A DNA stretch of 64,000 nt. Origin: an uncultured Rhodospirillales bacterium. GTDB lineage: Bacteria > Pseudomonadota > Alphaproteobacteria > Rhodospirillales > JAPHRK01. Each line of letters opens with the position of its first letter. Positions within the stretch are counted from its first letter, which is position 1. Shown one piece after another: positions 33,073 to 42,671 of this stretch. The notes under the pieces are model-generated. The model was given only the letters and a program-made list of their open reading frames with translations, was not told the origin of the DNA and did no database searches. The DNA lies in contig CBDUMN010000005.1 in assembly GCA_965368335.1 (NCBI GenBank), positions 105 to 64,104 of the forward strand. The letters are read 5' to 3'. A program made the position numbers and the translations under genes.

Positions 33073-35360
33073 TAGAACCTCGTACCAAAATTCACACGGA
33101 ATGTTTCCGTCTTATCAAAATTTTCTTTAGCGACTGGAAAGCCGAAGTCAACACCAATAGGTCCGAATGGAGATTCCCAGTTGATACCTGTGCCCAATGC
33201 CGCTCTCAAGGCCCCCGTGTCCAGAACGGTCGAATCATCGGGATGAATAGTCATAAGACTTCCAAGGTCGGCAAAAACCTTTCCCGTAACCTTAAGCTCA
33301 TCGGGGAAGCCAAGCGGGAAACGCAACTCTGCGGTACCCCGATAACGGATTTCACCCCCAAGCGAATCTTCTCCATTGGATGAGCGTGGACCAGCGCCCG
33401 CCGTTTCAAAGCCTCTTAAATCATCCCCACCTAAGAAAAACCGTTCGGAGATGATCACATCTTTCCCCAGCCCGGTTATATGGCCTAATTCACCAGATAA
33501 TTTCAGCACCCAATCATCTGTCACAGAATAATAATAGGAGCCGTTAAGTTTATCGCGAATAAATCGGTGCGTTCCGCCTAGACCGGCCAACTCATTGGAA
33601 AAGCTGACAATATAACCTTCTGTGGGAGATATTGCATTATCCCGTTTGTCATAAACCAACGAGTGAGAAACAAGAGAGAGAGTTTGTTTACCTTCCTGGC
33701 CTTTTATGATCGCAGAGGCATCCGAATCAATATTTTTGATGTTGGTGAACTGCAGTTTGTATCCCCAGGCTTGGCGAAGTTTTTCGGTAATGGGGTAACT
33801 GATTCGAACGCCCCCTCCGGTTTCTTCCGATTCGTAGGAAGACGTATCGGATAAGTCTTTCGTCGTGTGAAAAACATCAAAGCCGGCTGCCAAGTCGCGA
33901 TCAAGGAAAGAGGGTTCGGTGACGTTCAGGTTAAGGTGGCTCTGCTCACCGGCAATTCGCGCATTGAGTTTTAGGCGCTGTCCCTTGCCAAGCAGGTTGC
34001 TTTCTTGAATACCAAAGTCGGCCAGGGGACCAAGGGTTGTCGAATAACCGGCCCCAATGGATACGGAGCCCGTCGATTGCTCTTCAACCTCGACGGCAAT
34101 AACCGTTTTATCGGGAGCGCTTCCCGGAATTTGCTCAACCGAAACTTTGGAGAAATATTGAAGGCCTTCAATTCTCTGTCTTGATCGACGCAATTTAGCG
34201 GAACTAAATCCATCCCCTTCGACAAGCTTGAATTCACGACGAATGACTTCGTCTTCTGTGCGTGCATTGCCTTTAATGTCAATGCGTTCGACGAAAACCC
34301 GTGGCCCTTCGGAAATATCGAAAACGATATCGATTTTCTTTTCTTCACGGTTACGGTTAACGCGAGGGCGGACATCAATAAAGGTGTAGCCGAGCTCACT
34401 TACTGCATCGGCGAGGTCTTCGACGGTGTCATCGACAAGTTTATTGTCATACCAGTCGCCCGTTTCAATTTCGATGAAATCGGTGACATATTCCTTTTCC
34501 AGGTTTCGCAGCCCTGGAATAACATCAATATCGCCAAATTCGTAACGAGGGCCTTCATCAACGACGAAAGTAATAAAGAAAGCGGTTTTGTCGGGCTGTA
34601 ACTCGGCAACGGAAGAGACAACATTAAAATCGGCATAACCTTCGCTGAGGTAAAACCGACGTAACAGTTCTCTATCAAACGCCAAACGGTCAGGATCATA
34701 ATTATCATCGCTGCTGAAAACGCGGTACCACCGGCTTTCCTTCGTTTGGATATTTTCTTTGAGCTTGCCGTCGCTGAATTCCTTGTTACCGATAAAGCGA
34801 ATGCTGGCAATTTCGGTTAACGGACCTTCGTTTATTTCAAATACCAGGTCGACGCGGTTGTCTTTCAGACGAATGACCTTTGGCTCAACGGTTGCTGCGA
34901 AACGGCCTGAGCGCCGGTAAAGCGTCAATATTCTCTGTACGTCGTTTTGAACTTTGGTGCGAGTGTAGATAACGCGGGGACGCAAGGTTACTTCAGTTTC
35001 CAGTGCGTCATCTTCGAGCTTCCGGTTTCCTTCAAAGGCAATTTGGTTGATGACCGGGTTCTCAACGACTGAAACGATAAGGTCTGCGCCGCGCATTTCT
35101 ATAGAGACATCGGCAAAAAGACCTGTCGAAAAAAGATTTTTCAATGATCGGTTGACGCGGGAAGGCTCGAAAGAATCGCCGGGCTGAATGCGTAGGTATG
35201 AACGAACGGTTTCCGGTTCTATCCGCTGGGCGCCTTCAACAACGACTTCTTTAATCAGTCCGCCCTGCGCCCGAGCATAATCCACCTGGAAAGCAAAGCC
35301 CCCCAGAATCAGTAAACTCAATATGAGTCGAGATAAAATCCTCACCACTCCCCCGGACAT
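33072..35360 (-). CDS. bamA: Outer-membrane protein assembly factor BamA
   Basis: 762 aa. Signal peptide, five POTRA-like repeats beginning IKEVVVEGAQRIE, and a C-terminal beta-barrel ending ...FRVNFGTRF. Confidence 0.95.
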   Translation of the reverse strand: MSGGVVRILSRLILSLLILGGFAFQVDYARAQGGLIKEVVVEGAQRIEPETVRSYLRIQPGDSFEPSRVNRSLKNLFSTGLFADVSIEMRGADLIVSVVENPVINQIAFEGNRKLEDDALETEVTLRPRVIYTRTKVQNDVQRILTLYRRSGRFAATVEPKVIRLKDNRVDLVFEINEGPLTEIASIRFIGNKEFSDGKLKENIQTKESRWYRVFSSDDNYDPDRLAFDRELLRRFYLSEGYADFNVVSSVAELQPDKTAFFITFVVDEGPRYEFGDIDVIPGLRNLEKEYVTDFIEIETGDWYDNKLVDDTVEDLADAVSELGYTFIDVRPRVNRNREEKKIDIVFDISEGPRVFVERIDIKGNARTEDEVIRREFKLVEGDGFSSAKLRRSRQRIEGLQYFSKVSVEQIPGSAPDKTVIAVEVEEQSTGSVSIGAGYSTTLGPLADFGIQESNLLGKGQRLKLNARIAGEQSHLNLNVTEPSFLDRDLAAGFDVFHTTKDLSDTSSYESEETGGGVRISYPITEKLRQAWGYKLQFTNIKNIDSDASAIIKGQEGKQTLSLVSHSLVYDKRDNAISPTEGYIVSFSNELAGLGGTHRFIRDKLNGSYYYSVTDDWVLKLSGELGHITGLGKDVIISERFFLGGDDLRGFETAGAGPRSSNGEDSLGGEIRYRGTAELRFPLGFPDELKVTGKVFADLGSLMTIHPDDSTVLDTGALRAALGTGINWESPFGPIGVDFGFPVAKENFDKTETFRVNFGTRF

Positions 35361-35384
35361 TGATTCGTAATCTCTCGCTGCCGA

Positions 35385-36488
35385 TCAAAAATCAAAAATC
35401 TTGAAATGAGTCAAATCGTTAAATGTTGCAAACACCATCAATGCCAATACCAGAATCAGCCCGAAACGGAAACTGTATTCTTGAGCTTTTTCACCTAGCG
35501 GCCTCCCGAGAAGCGCCTCGAAAGCATAGAATACTAGGTGTCCGCCATCCAGTACCGGTATGGGAAAAAGATTGATAAGGCAAAGATTGATCGAAAAAAC
35601 GGCAATAAACGACAATAATTGGGCCATGCCGAGTTGCGCAATTTGTCCGGACATTTGAGCGATACGGAGGGGCCCGCCCAATTCCTCACTTCCCCGGTCA
35701 CCGGTAAAAATTTCACCGATTGCTCCAAGAATTTGCCCCATGATGGAAAAAGAGTGGCTTACCGCTTTAAGGCTTGCCTCTGCGATGCCGATCTCCTCAA
35801 CCTCAAACTTTTCTGGATCAGGAGCAACGCCCAAGCGACCTTGAGGTGGGTTTTCGCCAATTATCCGTGGCGTGACGGAAATTTTCATTGGTTGGCCATC
35901 TCGCAGAATCGAAAAGGTCAACGCCTGGCCTGGGCTAACAAGGACAATATCGCGAAGTTCCGTAAAATAATGAACTTCACGGCCACTAATGGCCTCTACC
36001 GTGTCGCCGCTTTTAAAGCCGGCCTGCTCGGCTGCACTCCCCTCTTGAATCTCACCAATCGCAGCTAAGGGAATTTGAGTCGGTAAAAATGCGAACAGAC
36101 CGGCAAAAACGATAATGGCAAAGATGAAATTTGCTGCCGGACCGGCAAAAACAATAGCCGCCCGTTGCCCTAAGCGTTTATGGGCAAATGAAACGGCAGC
36201 GTCCTCCTGGGGCATGGGGATGGCGTTTCCGTCTTCGTCCAAAACCTCCCCGCCTTCGCCAAACATCTTGACGTATCCCCCCATGGGAATTGCGCTAAAT
36301 TTCCAGCGGGTCCCGTTTTTGTCATTCCAGCCGAACACTTCTGGTCCAAACCCAATGGAAAAGACCTCAACTCTTACGCCGTTGCGTCGGGCAATCCAGT
36401 AGTGCCCCAGTTCATGAACGAATACGAGAACCGTTAGGACGAAAATAAAGGGGATAATGTAATCCCAGAGCAGCGTGACCAAATCCAT
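35385..36488 (-). CDS. rseP: RIP site-2 zinc metalloprotease RseP
   Basis: HELGHYWIAR motif, a PDZ segment, and the C-terminal ...NLFPIPVLDGGHL motif. Confidence 0.95.
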   Translation of the reverse strand: MDLVTLLWDYIIPFIFVLTVLVFVHELGHYWIARRNGVRVEVFSIGFGPEVFGWNDKNGTRWKFSAIPMGGYVKMFGEGGEVLDEDGNAIPMPQEDAAVSFAHKRLGQRAAIVFAGPAANFIFAIIVFAGLFAFLPTQIPLAAIGEIQEGSAAEQAGFKSGDTVEAISGREVHYFTELRDIVLVSPGQALTFSILRDGQPMKISVTPRIIGENPPQGRLGVAPDPEKFEVEEIGIAEASLKAVSHSFSIMGQILGAIGEIFTGDRGSEELGGPLRIAQMSGQIAQLGMAQLLSFIAVFSINLCLINLFPIPVLDGGHLVFYAFEALLGRPLGEKAQEYSFRFGLILVLALMVFATFNDLTHFKIFDF

Positions 36489-36505
36489 TGGAATCTAAGG
36501 GGTCC

Positions 36506-37669
36506 TTAAGAGAGGGAATGGGCTTGACCGACGATTTCGTCGGCAAGTCGGCGAGCCTGCTCATCCAGCGCAAAAACGTCTTCCAGAGCTTCTAAAGGTT
36601 TATCGCCAATCCGTTCAAGGGTTTTCTCAACAATAGTAATGATATCAAGAAAGCCAATTTTTTCATTGAGGAAACATCCGACGGCCACTTCATTAGCCGC
36701 ATTCAATACAGTAGGCGCGCCCCCACCTTTTTTCAAGGCGTCGCGAGCTAAGCGCAAGGCCGGAAAACGCCCAAAGTCTGGAGCTTCAAACGTCAGGTTT
36801 CCAATTTTCGGTAGGCAAAGAGGGGGGCCTCCGGTCGCCATGCGCTCGGGCCATGCCAGCGCATAGGAAATCGGGGTGCGCATATCCGGTGTTCCCATTT
36901 GCGCCAGAACCGAGCCATCAACGTAAGAAACCATGCTGTGGACAACGGATTGCGGATGCACGACAATATCGATCTGCGCCTCTTCCACCGGGAAAAGATG
37001 AAAGGCTTCAATTAGTTCAAGCCCTTTATTCATCATGGTTGCCGAATCAACTGAAATTTTGGCGCCCATATCCCAGTTTGGGTGGGCAACGGCTTGAGCT
37101 GGCGTCACCGATTTCATGTATTCAAGAGGATGCTCCCTAAACGGGCCTCCCGAAGCCGTCAGAATGACTTTCTCCACATGATGGGCGTCCTTAAAATCGA
37201 ACACCTGAAAAATAGCATTATGCTCTGAATCGACAGGAATAATGCGCGCCCCGCTCTTTTGGACCTCGTCAGTCATTAAGTCCCCGGCGCAGACGAGACT
37301 TTCCTTATTGGCCAATCCAATCGTCGCACCGCGCCGTGCCGCCGCCAACGTTGGCTCCAGAGCTGCCGCTCCAACAATTCCTGCGATAACAACATCGGCG
37401 CTACGTTCTGCCGCCTCGGTAACGGCCTGGCTTCCTGCAGCGACTTCAATGGGGTGTGACCCAATTAAATCTTTCAGTTTTTTGTAGCCAGCCTCGTCTG
37501 CCGTAACGACCAATTCAGCTTTTAAAGCAATGGCTTGTTCGGCGAGTAAGTCAATATTCCGGTTGCCTGTCAGGGCAACTATCTTGAAGTTTTCTTGGGG
37601 GTTTGCGACTAGATCGACTGTGTTGACGCCAATGGATCCGGTCGATCCGAGGATGGTTACCGATTTCAT
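36506..37669 (-). CDS. dxr: 1-deoxy-D-xylulose 5-phosphate reductoisomerase
   Basis: MKSVTILGSTGSIG start (the ATG at 37669 overlaps the cdsA stop in ATGA), ...LANKESLV..., PVDSEHNAIFQ, HPNWDMG. Confidence 0.95.
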   Translation of the reverse strand: MKSVTILGSTGSIGVNTVDLVANPQENFKIVALTGNRNIDLLAEQAIALKAELVVTADEAGYKKLKDLIGSHPIEVAAGSQAVTEAAERSADVVIAGIVGAAALEPTLAAARRGATIGLANKESLVCAGDLMTDEVQKSGARIIPVDSEHNAIFQVFDFKDAHHVEKVILTASGGPFREHPLEYMKSVTPAQAVAHPNWDMGAKISVDSATMMNKGLELIEAFHLFPVEEAQIDIVVHPQSVVHSMVSYVDGSVLAQMGTPDMRTPISYALAWPERMATGGPPLCLPKIGNLTFEAPDFGRFPALRLARDALKKGGGAPTVLNAANEVAVGCFLNEKIGFLDIITIVEKTLERIGDKPLEALEDVFALDEQARRLADEIVGQAHSLS

Positions 37670-38487
37670 GCGCCCACCCCGCCGATCAATTTCAACGACA
37701 AGATGGCCCAAAGTGCAACGGCAACTGTTAGGACACCATCGACACGATCCAGAACGCCGCCGTGTCCGGGAATAAGATTGCTGGCGTCTTTTACGTTGAA
37801 GGTGCGCTTAACCCAGGATTCAAAGAAATCTCCCACCTGAGCAATAATTGCGAAAATAGCCCCGTAAAAAGCTAAAATTATCGGCGTGTCGAGATCGAAA
37901 AAAGAGCCGACGGTAGCGGCGACGATACCAGAACTTATCATGCCGCCAAAAAGTCCCGCCCAAGTTTTATTGGGGCTGATACGTGGAGCGATCTTCGGCC
38001 CGCCAATACCCTTGCCTGCAAAATAAGCTCCAATATCGGTTGCCCAGACAGCAAGAAGCAGCCAAACGATATAGGCCATGCCAAAGGGATCTATTTCTCT
38101 GATCCAGACCAGCGCCATCATGGGGAGCGTCACATAGGGCAAGCCAAAGGCATACCACACGGCTCGGTCAGCATAAAACCACCGTCCTAGCCCTAACATT
38201 ACCAACAAAAGGCCCCCGACAGCAGTCAGTCCGACAGTTACGCCCAATAAAATAGAAAAGGTCACGCAGGTCAGGCTTGAAAGGACAAAGACGACATTCC
38301 CTTTACCTGATCGGTCGGCAGTTACCAGCCCACACCACTCCCAAGCCATAAGCCCAGTGATTAGCAAAGCCAAGGCATCAAAAAAATACCCGCCTAGATA
38401 CAACGCCACCAAAACGGGAGGCGCCAGAATAACGGCGGATATCACCCGAGCTTTAAGCCCGCTAGATTTTTTTTCTATATCAGACAC
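37666..38487 (-). CDS. cdsA: Phosphatidate cytidylyltransferase
   Basis: Polytopic protein with the C-terminal signature ...SWVKRTFNVKDASNLIPGHGGVLDRVD. The GTG at 38487, 2 nt after the uppS stop, is preferred to the longer track ORF that would overlap uppS by 116 nt. Confidence 0.85.
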   Translation of the reverse strand: MSDIEKKSSGLKARVISAVILAPPVLVALYLGGYFFDALALLITGLMAWEWCGLVTADRSGKGNVVFVLSSLTCVTFSILLGVTVGLTAVGGLLLVMLGLGRWFYADRAVWYAFGLPYVTLPMMALVWIREIDPFGMAYIVWLLLAVWATDIGAYFAGKGIGGPKIAPRISPNKTWAGLFGGMISSGIVAATVGSFFDLDTPIILAFYGAIFAIIAQVGDFFESWVKRTFNVKDASNLIPGHGGVLDRVDGVLTVAVALWAILSLKLIGGVGA

Positions 38488-39214
38488 TTGTTGCGCCAAA
38501 GCGTCGTTCGCGTAGTTGATAAGCGTCAATGGCCTTAAGGAAGGCTTCGCGATTGAAGTCAGGCCACAAGGTTTCTTCGAAAAGAAACTCGGCATATGCA
38601 GATTGCCAGAGAAGGAAGTTGCTGATTCTTTGCTCTCCGCTGGTCCGAATAACGAGGTCGGGATCTGGGATTTTTCCCGTAGAGAGTTGGGAGGAAATCA
38701 TTTCTTCGGAAATTGCGCTCGGTTCAATTTTCCCCAAAGCAACCTTTTGGGCAATTTTCTGGACAGCCTGGGTGATATCGGCACGACCGCCATAACTAAG
38801 GGCGATGACCAAGGTAAGTCTGCCGCCGTTTGCCGTTTTTTCTTCCGATTCGGAAATGAGGGACCGGATGTCTGGCGGAAGAGTTTTCCGGTCACCGATA
38901 ATTTTTAGGCAAATGCCGTTTTTGGCTAAGCTGGCGACTTCCTTTTTTAAGTAAAGCCGCAACAACCCCATCAGATCGTTGACTTCCCCTGAAGGCCGTT
39001 TCCAATTTTCCGTCGAGAAACCGAAAAGCGTGAGATAGGAAACGCCAATTTCGGCCGCCGTTTCGACAATGGTACGAACGGCATCGACACCTTTCTTATG
39101 CCCAGCCGTGCGGGGAAGATTGCGGGCCTGCGCCCAGCGCCCATTGCCATCCATGATAATCGCTACATGGGTGGGGACGCTTTCTTCCTGAGGATTGGCG
39201 GCAACGGCTTTCAT
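38480..39214 (-). CDS. uppS: Undecaprenyl-diphosphate synthase (isoprenyl transferase)
   Basis: HVAIIMDGNGRWA, ...LTLFGFSTENWKRP..., RTSGEQRISNFLLWQSAYAE. Confidence 0.95.
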   Translation of the reverse strand: MKAVAANPQEESVPTHVAIIMDGNGRWAQARNLPRTAGHKKGVDAVRTIVETAAEIGVSYLTLFGFSTENWKRPSGEVNDLMGLLRLYLKKEVASLAKNGICLKIIGDRKTLPPDIRSLISESEEKTANGGRLTLVIALSYGGRADITQAVQKIAQKVALGKIEPSAISEEMISSQLSTGKIPDPDLVIRTSGEQRISNFLLWQSAYAEFLFEETLWPDFNREAFLKAIDAYQLRERRFGATSV

Positions 39215-39221
39215 CGTTTGG

Positions 39222-39791
39222 TTAAACCTGCATAATTTCTTCGTCTTTATGCTTCAGCGTCTCGTCGATTTCTTTGATTGCGGCATCGGTAATTTCTTGA
39301 ATTTCAACACCATAATCCCGGTGCTCATCCTCAGAAATATCGCCGTCTTTTTCAAATTTCTTGAGATCGTCCATGCCATGACGCCTGACATTCCGTACAG
39401 CAACACGAGCTTCTTCGGCGTAACGATGCGCCACTTTGGTCAACTCTTTCCGGCGTTCTTCATTAAGGGCCGGAATCGGAATGCGAACCAATTGGCCGTC
39501 GGTTGCCGGGTTGAGCCCGAGATCGGAATCCCTGATCGCTTTTTCAACTGATTTAACCAGGGACTTATCCCAAACCTGGACCGTCAGCATCCGGGGTTCG
39601 GGGACGCCAATGGTGCCAACTTGGTTCATCGGCATGGGGCTGCCGTAAGCGTCAACGGTAATCGGCTCGAGAAGGCTTGCCGAGGCGCGGCCCGTTCGCA
39701 GGCCTGAAAATTCTTTATGAAGAACCTCGATAGCCCCTTCCATGCGGCGCTTAAGGTCTTGCTTTTCCTTATTGAAATCGACATTTGACAT
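39222..39791 (-). CDS. frr: Ribosome recycling factor
   Basis: 189 aa with [13 protein letters not shown], ...NLGLNP..DG..IR..IP.L.EERR. Confidence 0.95.
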   Translation of the reverse strand: MSNVDFNKEKQDLKRRMEGAIEVLHKEFSGLRTGRASASLLEPITVDAYGSPMPMNQVGTIGVPEPRMLTVQVWDKSLVKSVEKAIRDSDLGLNPATDGQLVRIPIPALNEERRKELTKVAHRYAEEARVAVRNVRRHGMDDLKKFEKDGDISEDEHRDYGVEIQEITDAAIKEIDETLKHKDEEIMQV

Positions 39792-40520
39792 CTATCTCTC
39801 CCCCTTCTCGACAATCGTAAAGCGACCTTTGGCTTGAACGACATCGGCGAAAGCGCCTTCGTCACCGATAGAAAATACCAAGATCGGAATTTCGTTCTCA
39901 CGCGCCAGCGCGACGGCTGAAGCATCCATGACCTTGAGGTCGTTGGCAAGGACATCCCGGTAATTCAGTTTTTCATACCGTTTGGCATCCGGATTTTTCT
40001 TTGGATCCGAATCATAGACCCCATCGACCTGGGTCCCTTTAAGTAGGGCGTCACAGTTCATTTCAACGGCCCTGAGGGCGGCGGCGGTATCGGTCGTAAA
40101 AAACGGGTTCCCCGTCCCGGCGGCAAAAATAACGACACGCCCCTTCTCCATATGGCGGACCGCGCGTCGACGTATGAAGGGCTCGCAAACGGTGGGCATG
40201 GGAATAGCCGATTGCACCCGTGTATCAAGCCCCATACGCTCCAAAACACTTTGAACCGCCACGGCATTCATCACGGTCGCCAACATGCCCATATAGTCGG
40301 CGCTGGTCCTTTCGATTCCACTGGCGACACCTGAAATACCCCTAAAAATATTCCCGCCGCCTATGACCAGGCAAACCTGGACGCCAAGGTCGATGACCTT
40401 TTTGACTTCACGGCCCATCCGTTCAACGGTCGCCGGGTCGATCCCATATTCTCCCGAGCCCATAAGGCCTTCGCCGGAGAGTTTTAAGAGGACCCTTTTA
40501 TAACGGATCGTTTCGGACAT
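39792..40520 (-). CDS. pyrH: UMP kinase
   Basis: [41 protein letters not shown]. The ATG at 40520 is preceded by a G-rich SD. Confidence 0.95.
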   Translation of the reverse strand: MSETIRYKRVLLKLSGEGLMGSGEYGIDPATVERMGREVKKVIDLGVQVCLVIGGGNIFRGISGVASGIERTSADYMGMLATVMNAVAVQSVLERMGLDTRVQSAIPMPTVCEPFIRRRAVRHMEKGRVVIFAAGTGNPFFTTDTAAALRAVEMNCDALLKGTQVDGVYDSDPKKNPDAKRYEKLNYRDVLANDLKVMDASAVALARENEIPILVFSIGDEGAFADVVQAKGRFTIVEKGER

Positions 40521-40634
40521 GGTCCCCCCATTCAGGAATGACAAAAAACGGTTGGAGATTGATAGCAATAGGACCGCTGAAATACCAGAGTGTTTCGTGT
40601 GTTGGCCGAGGAAAAGATGCGGAAAATCAAAGGC

Positions 40635-40669
40635 AAAAAAAAGGCGCCCTGTTAAAAGAGCGCCTTTTT
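40635..40669 (-). terminator. Rho-independent terminator downstream of tsf
   Basis: On the minus strand: aaaaaggcgc-(12 nt loop)-gcgcc followed by U8. It lies 20 nt after the tsf stop. Confidence 0.6.
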
Positions 40670-40688
40670 GTAACTCAAACAGGAAGCA

Positions 40689-41615
40689 TTATCCACCGAC
40701 AGCGGCGGCGACTTCAGCAGCGAAGTCTTCTTCCTTTTTCTCAACGCCTTCACCAAGAGCAAGGCGGACGAAACCGGTCAGTTTAATTTCGCTGCCGGCA
40801 TCCTTGGAGGCCTCGTCAAGAACGGCCTGAATCGTCTTATCCGTATCCATGACGAACGCCTGCTCCAGCAGCACCACTTCTTCGTAGTACTTGCGCAGAC
40901 GGCCTTCGACCATTTTCTCAATGATGTTTTCAGGCTTGCCGGAAGCGCGGGCCTGATCGGCCAGAACGTTCTTTTCGCGTTCAAGTTCGGAGGCATCTAC
41001 GTCATTGCGGGTCACGGCTTGCGGGCTGGCGGCGGCAACGTGCATGGCGAGTTGCTTGCCGAGGGCTTCAAGAGCGCCCTGATCGGCATCGGACTCGAGT
41101 GCAACAAGAACGCCGATCTTACCCATGCCGGGCTTCATAGCGTTATGAATATAGGCGGAAACGAGGCCTTTGGAAACCGAGAGACCGGCGCTACGGCGCA
41201 GGTGCATGTTTTCGCCGATGGTGCCGACCATTTCTGCAACGTAGCCTTCGACATCCTTGTCGCTGCCAGGATAAGCAGCGGCTTTCGTTTTATCCAGGTC
41301 GCCACCGTTAGCCAGGGCGATATTGGCGATGGTTTCGGCCATGTCTTGGAACTGTTCGTTACGAGCCACAAAGTCGGTTTCGGCGTTGACTTCGACCACG
41401 GCGGCCGAGGTGCCGTCAACAGCGATGGCGACCAAGCCTTCTGAGGCGGCGCGACCGGCCTTTTTGGCAGCGGCGGCAAGACCTTTTTTGCGCAGCCAAT
41501 CAACGGCGGCTTCCATATCGCCATCATTTTCGGTTAGCGCCTTTTTGCAATCCATCATGCCTGCGCCGGTTTTTTCACGAAGCTCTTTTACGAGCCCAGC
41601 GGTAATCTGTGCCAT
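40689..41615 (-). CDS. tsf: Translation elongation factor Ts
   Basis: [27 protein letters not shown] (UBA-like N-terminus). The ATG at 41615 has a GGGGA SD; the ATG at 41627 does not. Confidence 0.95.
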   Translation of the reverse strand: MAQITAGLVKELREKTGAGMMDCKKALTENDGDMEAAVDWLRKKGLAAAAKKAGRAASEGLVAIAVDGTSAAVVEVNAETDFVARNEQFQDMAETIANIALANGGDLDKTKAAAYPGSDKDVEGYVAEMVGTIGENMHLRRSAGLSVSKGLVSAYIHNAMKPGMGKIGVLVALESDADQGALEALGKQLAMHVAAASPQAVTRNDVDASELEREKNVLADQARASGKPENIIEKMVEGRLRKYYEEVVLLEQAFVMDTDKTIQAVLDEASKDAGSEIKLTGFVRLALGEGVEKKEEDFAAEVAAAVGG

Positions 41616-41682
41616 GTCATTCCCCATGAGAGAAGAAAGTGAAATGAGAAAGGCCGGGCATCAGCGCCCGGCCCATATTCAG

Positions 41683-42507
41683 TTAAGCTTCAGCAGCAGC
41701 TTTTGCTTCTTCAGCCGGGGCCTCTTCGGCGGCGGGAGCTTCTTCAGCAGCCGCTTCGGCCGGAATTTCTTCGGCAGGAACTTCTTCCAGTTCGCCAACA
41801 TCGACGCCCGAAGCGCTCATCTCGGCCTGAATGCCGTCGAGCACGGAACCGGCAATCATTTCGCAGTAGAGATTGATTGCACGGATGGAATCGTCATTGC
41901 CGGGAATCGGGTGGTCAATGCCGTTGAGGTCGCTATTGCTGTCGAGGATAGCAATCACGGGAATGCCCAAATTGTTGGCTTCTTTGATAGCGATCTTTTC
42001 TTTGTTCGTATCGATGACGAAGATCACGTTGGGAAGGCCGCCCATGTCTTTGATGCCGCCCAGGGCGCGCTCGAGTTTTTCACGCTCACGGGTCAGGCCA
42101 AGCAGTTCTTTCTTGGTAAAACCTTCGGTTCCCCCATCCAATTTCTTTTCAAGGTCGCGCAGACGCTTGATAGAATTGGAGATGGTCTGCCAGTTGGTCA
42201 GCATGCCGCCGAGCCAACGATGGTTGACGAAGTACTGTCCGCAACGTCTGGCGGCTTCTGCAACCTGCTCTTGGGCCTGGCGTTTGGTGCCGACAAACAG
42301 AACGCGGCCGCCACCGGCGACGACATCGCGCACCTGGACCATTGCCTGGTGCAAAAGCGGAGCGGTCTGCTGCAGATCGAGAATGTGAATGCCGCCACGA
42401 ACGCCGAAGATGTACTGTTCCATCTTGGGGTTCCACCGGCGGGTGGTGTGTCCGAAATGAACGCCCGCTTCCAGGAGCTGGCGCATGGTAAAGGCCGGAA
42501 GTGCCAT
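41683..42507 (-). CDS. rpsB: 30S ribosomal protein S2
   Basis: [22 protein letters not shown]..., with an Ala/Glu-rich C-terminal extension. Confidence 0.95.
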   Translation of the reverse strand: MALPAFTMRQLLEAGVHFGHTTRRWNPKMEQYIFGVRGGIHILDLQQTAPLLHQAMVQVRDVVAGGGRVLFVGTKRQAQEQVAEAARRCGQYFVNHRWLGGMLTNWQTISNSIKRLRDLEKKLDGGTEGFTKKELLGLTREREKLERALGGIKDMGGLPNVIFVIDTNKEKIAIKEANNLGIPVIAILDSNSDLNGIDHPIPGNDDSIRAINLYCEMIAGSVLDGIQAEMSASGVDVGELEEVPAEEIPAEAAAEEAPAAEEAPAEEAKAAAEA

Positions 42508-42671
42508 AGTCTTATATCCTTTTCCGGTTGATCCTCCGCGGGACTGTTATCTGGAAAACCAGACACCGGAGCGATCGATCCAACGAATTTGCGTTGGGGA
42601 CCACAAAATCCCGCGTGTGAAGTAAGGCGCGGTATGTAACGCTAAAAACCGCCGGTTTCAAGGCTTTTCTG

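Noticed and set aside
41323-42531. 402-aa plus-strand ORF spanning the tsf-rpsB region
   Set aside because: It is antisense to two highly conserved translation genes and crosses their intergenic spacer. The product is low-complexity (Ser/Phe/Ala-rich) with no motifs.
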